Positions 47,562 through 58,712 of a stretch of DNA of 64,000 nt are shown piece after piece; the stretch's first letter is position 1; every line of letters starts with the position of its first letter. The DNA is from Chara braunii (lineage: Eukaryota > Plantae > Charophyceae), in the NCBI GenBank assembly GCA_003427395.1, contig BFEA01000019.1, forward strand, positions 337,026 to 401,025. The letters run 5' to 3'. Under the pieces are notes generated by a model. That model was not told the DNA's origin, searched no databases, and saw nothing but the letters and a program-made list of their open reading frames with translations. Both the position numbers and the translations under genes were made by a program.

Positions 47562-50500
47562 TTTTTTTTTTTTGCACACTCTCCCAACAGTGTTAGTGGT
47601 GCTGGTAAGAGCAGACACCACTAACACCTGTGGGGAGGCTCCATCTATTGGTGGGGAGCATCACCTGCTGGAAAACGGGTCCAGCGTCCCTTACACCGAA
47701 AAGTGAGAATGTTCGAGAACATTGAGAGCAGTGTCCGTGGCCCCTGCCAGCATTGATTCCCTTGCAACCCAGGGGATTGACTGAGCAGGTTTATATAGTG
47801 TTCTATTGCCATCTGTACCTCTTCACCCTTAAAAGAAGGGCGCCAGCTAAAGCAGTGAAGGGCTGGTACTATTTCCAGTCGGTGGCATGAACTAACTGTA
47901 ATTTAATCCTACGTTCCAGAGAACTATCTGGGGAGCCCTCTCTCAAATCAGATCTTTGTGACCTAATCAGATCTGTATTTCAGTGACATGGGATAGATCC
48001 TTAAACCCCTAAACCCCTAAAGCCTTTCCTCTCCCTGGTATCTGATACCCTAGCAGTATCGTTCCCCTTTCTTTGCTTAATTACCTCAATCCCTCCCATA
48101 CCATTCCAAACCCACCAAGCAGTTGGACCGGGGGGGGAAGGGATCGGGGAAATCTTCGCTGGGGTCTCATCGGGATTGCTGTATCGATCTTGGTCCACTC
48201 ATGAAAAAGGAGCCGGTAGTCTCTCGTTAGATTCTTTCGCCCTTGTCCCTCCCCTAGGTTCTTTTGTCTCCCTTGCCATTCCACCTTTCCAATCCTCCCC
48301 GCGTTATCCCCACCAAGCCAGCTAGGCTAAATTCCTTGATTTTTTGTTGGATATCCTTTTGTGAATGTAGTGATTGGATCCGAGCCTTAACCTTCTCCCA
48401 CTTTGCCCTTATTTCTGTTTGGATCTGTTGCTGTATGCTTTTCGTAAATTTTGGTCCTTCCAGTCTTGCTCTTTCCATTTCGTATGTGCAGCGTCGTCGC
48501 CAGAGGGCCCAGAGCACCGCTCGACGTCCCAGTTTGAACATATTGCTAGTGAAATCATTTAGTTGGTCTTTAGGCAAGGTTTTACATAGCGAGGCTTTCC
48601 AGTCCCACGGCCACTGGATCTGAGTTTCTGGTTGATCCCAGATTATGTCCCACCACCTCCACAACCACACCGCGACAGTGCATTGAAGAAATATATGTTC
48701 AATTGTTTCTTGCAATTTTCTGGATGGGAACGCGTTGGTGCAAAGCCTACACCAGGGCAGGGCGTGCCCTCTCTGCTCCAAGTTCGTTCTATCTATTAGC
48801 CAATCATTTGTCGGTAGGCAGCGGTGCTCGATATGCCACTGCAGTGAGGCAAATTTCACTGGTTTTTCCTTGATCGTTCCGAAGCACCTTATGTCTCTTA
48901 GCTTGTCCTTGTCGATGTTTAAGTGGTTCATCCAACGTGTCTCCACCCGGTTGTGAAGGTTTAATTTCGGCCTTAGGAGCCTGTAGGTCGATTTTACTGT
49001 TAGGCCGTATAATGATCTAGTAAGTTTTTTGCCCTTTCCTGCTGGGGTTGTTCATGCCCATTCTATCGGGTCCAGGGCGAGTTGGTGGATCGGAGGTAGG
49101 CGATCTATTGCTTTCTTTCATGAAGCACTCTAATTTTGGACAGATCCTCCTTTTGGCAAATAATTGTTTGTTCTGGAGAGTTTTTTTGAAGGACGTTATT
49201 CCAACTTATTTGGAAGAGGTTCACTCTTATTGATCCGTTGGGCTCACAGTAGACAATGTTGCCCACCTCACTTGGTCGATCCCTCAATGCCACCCAGTCC
49301 AATTCCTGCAGGGTGGGGCCTTTCCTTAGGATTCTCCACCAGGCTAGAAATATTTTTTATTATTATTGTTTCCAAGGCTACCTCTGGTCGATGGTTGTGG
49401 CTTAGTCTCTCTCTTAGCTGGTCCGGGTCAATCCAGTTTCTCTTTCCATATCTCATATGTCTTTTATCCTTGTTATTCCTCGTCTGACCCAGTCTTGCCA
49501 TGGAGAGTCCACGCAATGGAGGGTTTGTCCCTTCGAGTCTGCTACCCATCTATTGCCAGAAAGGGGTTGTCGTGCTACCTCTTCTCATCTCTCTGGTGGA
49601 GTTTTATCTGGTAGGGGCAGACTTCTCCATATTTTTAGAAGGTCAGTCCAGAAGGGGTCATTGCGTAAATCGACCCTTGCTGCTTGTCTGGGTGAGTCTG
49701 GGGGGGGACAGCGATGTTGCGCACCTCCTCTTGGGATGGGCCATCCGCTATTTTCCAGCCACATCAACGGGTCACTCTTCTCAACTGTTTGTGGTGCTAA
49801 GCGGGTAATCTGTTCTAGAACTAACCCCCTCTATGGTGATTCTAGATTGAAAAGTAGACATTTGAGTCATTGGATTGCTAGTGCTTTAGTTTGTATTGAA
49901 GGATCGATAATGCCTAATCCACCTTTCAATTTGGGTTGGATTATAGATTGTCAAGCCACTCAGTTGATCACGTTGCGTTTCTCATGATTTCTTTTCCACA
50001 GGAAGGCAGCTCCCTCACGCTGCAAGGGGCGAAGGGCGTTTTTGTATAATGCCCAGATAACCTGATTTATACCAGAGGGAGGCCAATACCACATTATTAA
50101 GTATTAGGGAATGTCCAATCAGTGAGGTATGTTTGTCCTTCCAGAGTGTCATTTTTTCCAAGGGTGGGCTAGAGATCCATTCATTGTTAGTAGACGACCT
50201 GCCTTCTGCTGACATCAACACCCCAAGTACTCTAATGGGGGGCTCCTTTGGAAGTCATTTGAGCCTAGGTTCTTCTGGGGGTCTCACTCCTTGGTGGTGT
50301 ATCCATCAGCCTCGGGTTTTGTTTCCCCAGTTGACCTTCATGTCAGACATTCTACAGAAACGGTCCATCATGTGTTGGACCTCTGCCATCGATTCATGGG
50401 AAGCTTCGATCATTAAAGTCAAGTCATCAGCAAACAATGAACACACTGGAATTGCCTCCTGGGGTATTGAAGACACTTCGATTTTCTTGATATTCTTATG

Positions 50501-50950
50501 TCTTCTCAGGTTGGCTGTCAGTGCTTCCATAACTATGACGAACAGGTAAGGGGCTATAGGGTCACCTTGTCTGTCCGACCTTTGGTGAGTAATGGGCGGG
50601 GCTAGATTCCCATTCATCATGACTCTAGTTGTCGCGTTCGTGTGTAGGATCTTCACCCAACGTCTGAAGCACGACCCAAAGTTAAGCTTCTCCAGGAATT
50701 TTTCTAGGAACAACCAGTCTACATGGTCATATGCCTTCTCAAAGTCAATGAAAATGATCGCTGCATTGTGTTTAGATTGTCTGGTTAGCTTTGATCATTT
50801 CATTTACCAATGGGATATTGTCCTGGATGTTCCGGCCTTAAATAAACCCAGTTTGGTCGGGGTGTATAATATCGGTCATGAATGGTACCAGGCGGTTAAC
50901 CAGGGCTTTAGCCATTAATTTGTATACAAATGTGAGCAGTGTGACTCAGG
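47562..50950 (-). mobile_element. Degenerate L1/Tx1-like LINE: RT domain, zf-RVT, 3' UTR and poly(A)
   Basis: IDFEKAYDHV, RQGDPIAPYLF, LFADDL (50306-50760); WHIEHRCLPT...ETIEHIFLQC; poly-T 47562-47573 on +. Confidence 0.92.
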
Positions 50951-51473
50951 AAGGCTTGATTTTTTAGGGGCCTTTTTAGGGGTGGTATTGTTAATGAAGG
51001 GAATGGGTCTTGCTCTCAAAATGACATAGGCTAGAAAAGGACAAGGGAAAAAGGAAGCAATCCATGACACTGTCTCGGGGTCCCTTGACCATAACGAAGG
51101 CAAGCATTGTGTGGGTACCTGTTGTAAGGGAAGCAGGACCCGGTTTCCAATCTTATTCATGAAACTGGTCTTTAAACCACAACTCTTTTTCCCGAAGTGG
51201 AGTAGAACCGCGAGCCAAACTTTGTTGAAGCGCCAGTGCGACATCTTTCCTTTTGCTTTGCCTGGCCTGGCACCACCAGCCATTTTCGTCTGGTGGCACC
51301 CTACGTCCGAAGAAATTCAATGCGGTATAGGTTATATTCATGACGTAGCCTTCCACTCTGAAAGGTAGTGCTGGTTTATTTTTAGTTTTTTTTTTCTAAA
51401 ACAGGAAGCTCAAGAAGACGACGATGCCGAATAAGAATATAAAGTCGGAAGTCGATGAAGCCAAGGAAGAAAA

Positions 51474-51504
<31 letters not shown>

Positions 51505-51709
51505 AAGGTGTTGTTGTTTGGTGGTGGTGTATGAAGATGGATTCAAGCCCTCAAGCTTTGTTAGCATGCAGTGAATCATTGTTGAAACCTTATCAGCACT
51601 CCAATCTGATGCCACGGTTAGTGCTCCCCACCAATAGACTGGAGCCCCCAGTGCGTCAGGTAGGAGTGTATGCTCTTATCAGCACTCCAATCTGATGCCA
51701 CGGGTTTCT

Positions 51710-51753
<44 letters not shown>

Positions 51754-51754
51754 N

Positions 51755-51790
<36 letters not shown>

Positions 51791-51794
<4 letters not shown>

Positions 51795-52480
51795 TGTTAG
51801 TGATGTTGGTAAGAGCATCCATCACTAGCAACCTAGCTATGGGCTCCAGTCTATTGGTGGGGAGCCGCACCTGCTGGAAAACGGGTCCAGCATCCCTCAT
51901 ATAAATGGCGTTGATACCTAAAACAAAATAGGAAGAGAGGAGTATTGCCTCTTCAGCCCGATCTAGGCCGCCAAATACCCCTGCTAATGCTAGCAGCACT
52001 ACCCCATATGGCACAATTTGATATGGTCCCCCAGAAATACTTTTCATGACAGTTACAACCATCTCCCATTGGCAAAACAAACCATTGAAAATGGGAAGGA
52101 ATCAGGGGAGCACTCCAGTGACTTGAGCATGACTCAGAGCCTCAGAGGAGAGATTGGAAGGGATCAGGAAAACATTCCGGGGATCTGAGTGTGACTCCTG
52201 GCTGAAGTGAAAACCAGCCTCTGAAGAGGAGATGGAAGTCCCATTTTAGAGGTTCTTCCTGCTCTTCTCCTCCCGGCCATTTCACCTCTCCCAAGCTTCC
52301 TCCTTCAGCTCCCCCCAGCCAGTCTAGGTTGAATTTTTCAATATAACTCAGGATATCATTTTTCTGATAAAATGTTGCAGCTTTGAATGAACAGCTGACG
52401 AATGCGCCCGTATTTCCGTCTGTACAAATCGGACAATCAGCTCAGCAGTTTCTGTTCCTTCCAACTTCACTTGGCTTTTC
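51791..52480 (-). mobile_element. LINE 3' end remnant
   Basis: LEGTETAELIVRFVQTEIRAH homologous to the other LINE C-termini; pseudoknot module at 51843-51896. Confidence 0.65.
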
Positions 52481-52656
52481 GGCCTATTTCCAAAAAAATC
52501 TCTGAAACTCTGAAAGCTGTGTACCATTTGGTTCCCAGTGACCCAAAAGAATGTTGAAACTCGAAACGTAATCGTGAAAAGGTACATTCCAGCTCCTTAT
52601 GACTCGATATGGCGAATGACCAAATGTCAAAAGTGACGAATGAAGTTCAATAATTA

Positions 52657-52939
52657 CCTGCTCAACCAGTCAATCCTGCTCAGTCAATCCCCTGGTCTCC
52701 AGGGTAATCAATGCTGGCAGGCTCCTCCTAGGTTTCAGAAGTGTTCTGACGAGTTCCATTTGTCTCATGCTTGTAAGGGACGCTGGACCCGTTTTCCAGC
52801 AGGTGATGCTCCCCACCAATAGATGGAGCCTACCCCCAGGTGCTAGCGGTGGCTGCTCTTATCAGCATCGCTAGCACTAGAGGGATCTGTTTTAAAAAAA
52901 AAAANNNNNTTTAAAAAAAAAAAAAAAAAAAAAAAAAAA
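52657..52939 (+). ncRNA. Complete stand-alone copy of the structured LINE 3'-UTR module plus poly(A)
   Basis: AGTCAATC hairpin, tandem pseudoknots 52777-52829, CTCTTA stem-loop, poly(A). Confidence 0.7.
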
Positions 52940-53727
52940 CAATTACACCACCAGTACTTTTCCCAGCCATTTTTTTCCAACTGCAGCGACTTGACTGTGC
53001 ACGCACTACAAGTTTCGGGGGTCAGCCTACCGGAATGAAATGACTGGTGGTGCCAGCCACAAAAGGGACCACACCAGTTGCCCTGGGGGAAATCCACTCT
53101 TCGGCAAAAGAACACCTCCCAGTACCGGTGGTTTAAACATGCCCAACAGGTGGAACCAAACCTCCCCTTTTCTTTTTTCTTTGAACAAATCTCTCTTAGC
53201 TTCAGGCTCATCCGCACACTTAAACGTAGGCATTCAGTCACCAAATGAATTTAACATGTGGCTAAGGAACATCATCAATCTCTTTTTTTATTTTGGACAA
53301 CAGCCCCGGAAATAGCTTGAGGTGCTGGTAGGAGCACACTCCTCATGCTTTCGCGGCGAGGCTCCATCTGTTGGTGAGGAGCTGCACCTGCTGGGAAACA
53401 GGTCCAGCATCCCCTTTCACATTTGAAAAATCATATTAAACAGTTCAAATGGAGAATGCAAGAGGGAGTGCATCTTCGGGTTGAAGGAATGCCGCGAAAA
53501 CTGCACCTTGATATGCTAGCCATTTGCCCTGCCATTTGTGAATAAGCCAGAAATTTGCCCTGCCATTTGTGCGGGTGCTGGGTACCGAGTAGTAGTGAGG
53601 GTGGTCACATTCCTCCTCGTCCCATTGAGCCCTTTAACCCTTAAACCCTTGCATCATCCATCTCAAAGTAACATTAGAATGGTAATACAATAGCAAACAA
53701 TTATAAGTTTGGGTCACATGTACTTAC

Positions 53728-53803
53728 CCTTTCAAGACAAGGTTTCCCATACTGAACCCCTTTGCTGCATTGACTATAGCATTGGGAACCCGCCATCTGC
53801 TGC
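53728..53803 (-). CDS. Putative 76-nt internal coding exon (SRWRVPNAIVNAAKGFSMGNLVLK), paralogue of 14503-14578
   Basis: gttgttttcag acceptor and gtaagt donor; same length and phase as the paralogue; homologous flanking intron. Confidence 0.55.
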
Positions 53804-53982
53804 CTGAAAACAACAGAGGAATTGAAAACACATCCAACACAGATCCAATACAAGATTATTCTGGCTGCGACAAAGCCCACCAATAGACTGGAGTCACCAG
53901 CAAGATAGCTAGCTAAGGGGTGAATGCTCTTATCATCACACCTAGCTTTTCTTGCAACCAAAAAAAAAAAAAAAAGAATCTA

Positions 53983-54072
53983 GCGGCCTAGCTCAATTGG
54001 TTAGGCACGCAAGTGGCATTCAGGAGGTTGTGGGTTCAATCCCCATGGCCGCCTGTGGCACTCTTGGTGCCA
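53983..54072 (+). mobile_element. tRNA-derived SINE head
   Basis: GCGGCC...GGCCGC acceptor-like stem, TAGCTCAATTGG A box, GGGTTCAATCCC B box; anticodon stem unpaired. Confidence 0.65.
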
Positions 54073-57000
54073 ACCAACTGAGATAGTCAGCTGGATCCTC
54101 CCAGTCGTATCAGTAAGGTCTTCAGCCAACACGGGTGTGAGTGCGCGTGTGAGTGGGTTGTGTGTGGTGTGTGGGAGAGTGTTGGCTTTAGACACTACTG
54201 TTACTCGATGGGGGTGGGGGAAGGTGAAAAGGGGGGCACAGTTACTGGCAAATGCTGGGTCCTTGTGTTAGCCGGGGCCCCACCGGCGGCCCCAACTGCA
54301 CCCTAAAACACTAAGGCAAAGGGGCAAACATGCCGGTACCTAACATCCCTTCACGGAAGAGAGGTAGAAAACTGTGCTTGCAGCCTTTTGCAGGGATCCC
54401 CTGTATAGCCTTAGGAGTCATGGTAGGTAGGTAGTGAAAAGAAAGATATGTTCCATGACATGGCAGAACGCCAGTTAAACATACTTGAGGTGGAGAGCAA
54501 AATATATGGCTGTCCCCTGATGAGGAGAAGGCAGTTAAAAAAAAAAGGAAAAAAAAAAGAATATCAATCTGGGAACTATCAATGGTATAACTGATGGCAG
54601 TGGGGGACACTGGACCCGGAGCTGGCGTGTCCCCTGGGAGGGGGCGCGGCGCTACCGGGAGCGCTGCGCCCCTCCGCTACGACGCGAACTGGTTGGCGCG
54701 ACGAGCAGCACGAGGCGGGCGAGCGAAGGCGATGGCGGGAGTGACTTGCGACGAGGTTGTGAGGGCGCTATGGGCGCGACGAGCAGCAAGAGGTGGGTGA
54801 GCAAGGGCGATGGCTGGAGTGACTCGTGACGAGGTTGTGAGGGCGCTGCGGTATGGTGGTAGGGGTTGGGAGGGGGTGTGGTGGTGGGAGTGGTGGTGGG
54901 AGTGGCGGGGGTAAGGTAGCTATCGTGGATGGGAAGGCGCCAGCATCTTAAATGACCTTCTAACTTTCGGCACGGCAACAGCAACAAAGAGTGAAGGCGC
55001 TTCGGGGTGGACAGCGGAGGGTAGTGTGAGGCGGATTATGGTGGGGAAGATGTGGGACGCCACGTGTGGAAAGAAGAGGGAGGGGGTATATCGAAGGAGA
55101 GTGTCTTGGTTTTTTCCCTCTTCCTACCTCGTTCTCCGTCTCCTGTTTCTTCCGATCCAGCTGTTGAAGGTCGCTGTGCAGGGATCGAACTCTCTGTGAG
55201 GCTGCGTTGACGGGCTTGACGCGGTCACTCACAACACAATCGCCTTCTGGAAGTTTTTATGGAGGCGGCGGTGTCCTGAGTATCTCTTCTAGCTAGTGCA
55301 CTTTGCTAAAGGGCTGTCCTAGCACTGGCTATGGGGAGGAGAGGGTGTTCCTCTCGCAAGAAGAGGAGGGGGATGAGTTTGGTCGGGACGGCGGTATGGC
55401 AGTGGGATCTGGAGACGGCTCGAGTGGAGTGTCTTGAGATGACCTGAAGAACTGGCGATTTTACAAGAACGAGACAATTTTACGAGGCGATGGGAGCTCG
55501 GCGCGCGGTGGTTTCTCAAAAAGTGAACCGAATTTTTGTTTTATTTTCCCATAGTATCTGGCGTAGGGCTTCGGGGATTAGGCTGTTCCCACGATAGTCC
55601 GCCAGAATTTGTATTACCTATTCGTCTCTTCTATATCGTTATCCCTGGTGATGATCCAAATGATGACGAGCTAATATTGGTGCTACGGAGCCTTTTGGTT
55701 TTAGGTTATGTTGTTTCTCTCGCCACCTAATTGGAATATCTTGACTCGTGTGGTAAGTTTCTAAGTTCTGAACTCTGAAAAGTTTAATCTCTTATTCTAC
55801 ATGCCGTATTCTTGTGCTAGGTGTTTTTATAGATCCTGATCGATAGTTTGCATCTTCTTTCTCATGTCCTGTCTAGAGTGTTGATTGCTTAGAACCTTCT
55901 GATTACAGTTTACAAATTCTTGATCTAGATCTGAGCGATTTCTAGAACCAGAGTTCTGGAAATCAGAGTCGAAAGTCCGTAAGGACATCAAAATCAACTT
56001 CCTATTCCGTTTTTCATCTTGAAATTTTGAAATCTATCAACCTGTGTCTGCGATTGATCTTCTGAATTGGATGTCAAAAATTTCCGTGATTGCTATTTGA
56101 TCTCATTTTCCAATTTCGATTTTCAAAAAGCCTTTGATTTCTTAGGGGTGTGAAGCTGGGATTGGGGATGGAAGGAAGAAGGGGCCCTTAACAGAGGAGG
56201 GTCGTTGGTCAGGGTAAGTAGGTTAGAAGGACGGTGTTGGGACGACACAGGCCGGTGCTGGAGCTTGTGCTCTGTAACCCGGGGGGGAGCTTGAGGCCTG
56301 TGAAGTTATGCTGAGCGCATAACCAGACCGTCCAACGAGGCTGGCGTCGGGGTATTGACCCTATAACCGGCTAGGGGCTTGCCGCCACAGAAACAGCCGA
56401 GGGAGGAAGGCATTCCTGACCGTCAGAACGAGTTTGGTCGGTACTGGGGAGGGTTGTGGTGCCCTGTCACCCTAGCTGAGAGGGGGAACGAAGACTGAAA
56501 GCCTGGACTGACACTTCGTCTGTTGAGGGGGTTTTTTAGGATAGAAGGCGTTTTATTTTCGCCCCCCCTGTTCTCATAAAGTTTATAGCGATAAGATTAG
56601 GTCGTTTGGTGGTCCTGGATGGTCTTCAGGGATTTTGAGATTCTTGCTAACTCATCCTGAGGTGGTTTCGAGGTTGTTGTACTCAGTGATTTGCGGTTGT
56701 CCAATGCCAGAACGACGCTGGCCGCCGTGGCCGGTGCTGGGGAGTTAACCTGTAACCTGCAACGCGGGAGCATGAGGCTTGGTAGAGAGATCTGGGGATG
56801 CTTTGGGGTGGGCATTCCATGGGACATCCAAGGGTTACTGCCGGGATGACGCTGGTCGGAGCTGGGGTGAGTCGTGTTGCCCTGTAACCCAGCTAGATGT
56901 GGGGGTGGGAGACCTGGAAGAGCTCGACAGAGAGTAGGACAGTTCTGGAAGACTTCGGAAGGGTATGTGAGGGACTTCAACGTTTTTTGGATCATTTGCA

Positions 57001-58027
57001 GGACCCCTGCGGCCGATTCTCATGTTTTTTTACCGTAATGTGTTATGACGTACCTTGAGAAGAGAATAGGGTGGGTGGGAGAAGAAAATGGGGGGATATC
57101 ACGCGTTCTATCAGTGAGGGGGCTAGCTGGTAGGATGAGAGTATGGCACAGCAGCAGCAGAGATGGTGGCTCTGTTGCAGTTAGTCTTGCCGGAGGGACG
57201 CATAGAGGTTTGATGGGGGGTTTCTCTGAGTCGCTTTCTGAATTTTGTCATAGTCACCTCAAAAAATTTCTTAATCTGGCCCTGGTTTCTTTGCCAGTTT
57301 CGAGATGTTTCTGGATATTTTAGGTAGTCTTGAGAATTGTTTAGGACTCTGGGCACTTCTTGCAAAGCAGTCTAGGTTTCCTTGATGCTGTTTACTCATG
57401 GATCTGTTGGTTTTCGATGCCAGAACGACACTGGTCGGTGCTGGGGGATTGCCCTGTAACGTGTTAATAGCAGGAGCGTGAGGCCTGGAAGAGAGATCTG
57501 GGGATGCTTTGGGCCGGGCATTCTAAGGGAAAACCAAGGGTTGCTGTCGGGACGACGCTGGCCGGAGCTGCGGTGAGTCGTGTTGCCCTGTAACCTAGCA
57601 GGGTGGGGGCATGAGCTCGGCAGGGAGGAAGACAATATTAGAGAATTTTAGAGTGTTTTTTGTGGGGAGTTTCCAGGGGTTCTGAGCATTCGAAGGACTT
57701 CCACTAATTGTTGTTTGGACTTTTCTAGTTGTTCTTTGTCTAAATTCATGAAATATTCTGATGACTCAGATGGGGGGCCCGGTTCCCAGTGAGTGTCAAA
57801 TTAAGAGGATATGGTTGTATCTATGGGACGCTGGACCCGGTTTCCAGCAGGTGTTGCTCCCCACCAATGGATGGAGCTGTTTTGTTTGAAAAAAAAATAA
57901 AAAAATTGGGAAATATCTTCTTATTGTATGGCACATTATACTAGCTGTGCATACAACAAACATTTAATGAAAATCATACCTGCGGCACAAGTGTGCTGTG
58001 TGGTGCGCTGATTGCCTGTGCGTAGGG

Positions 58028-58071
<44 letters not shown>

Positions 58072-58274
58072 GGCCGTCATGCGTGTATACACGCGATATA
58101 TATATATATATATGTAGAGAGAGAGAGAGAGAGGGAGAGCAAGCAAACAGCCCTTTCGCATAAACCGAAAACCCATGCGGGTAATCAGACAAGACCCTGC
58201 AGATAACTAGCAAGGATCTCGCCAAGTAAGTGGCAGTCATGGGCCTTGTAGCAGGATTGTAGCAGGCCAACTAT

Positions 58275-58712
58275 GGGCCTCGCTGCACCACTCTAGACTC
58301 TTGGAATATTTAAGAGTTCAACTAGCGTTGTCAGCGAGGCGAGACTCTCGAAATACCCGCCATCGCTGCACTTACTGTAGAACCTGTTACACTAGTTGCT
58401 TTCTTGAAACCCCGGGCGTTGTCGGACTCGGCAGAAGACATGTACCGCTACGCTACGGGACAACGACAGGCTGGTCTGGCCGTCGGGACAGGAGGTCCAC
58501 TCTCGAAAAAACAAGCCGGTCGGCGGGCAATTCCCGAGGACACTTGTAAATTCGTGTTTTGCAGACGGGCTACTGTCGACGTTTCGAGAGTGGCGATATA
58601 GCGTGCCTTCTGGCAGCTCTCGATCAGGTTTCGAGAGTTTCCCAATCGAGAGTAAGTGCAGCGACGTCCCACTCTCGAAAATTCAAGAGTCTGGAGTAGT
58701 GCAGCGAGGCCC
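58275..58712. mobile_element. Harbinger-like MITE with ~30-bp TIRs
   Basis: gggcctcgctgcaccactctagactcttg / caagagtctggagtagtgcagcgaggccc; TAT TSD; internal ACTCTCGAAA repeats in both orientations. Confidence 0.85.

Noticed and set aside
52777-52829. HDV-like ribozyme reading of the pseudoknot module
   Set aside because: Topology is two consecutive H-type knots rather than the nested HDV fold, and it lies at 3' rather than 5' ends of the LINEs
53983-54055. Functional tRNA gene
   Set aside because: Anticodon stem does not pair, and diverged relatives (31728, 29015) indicate SINE heads
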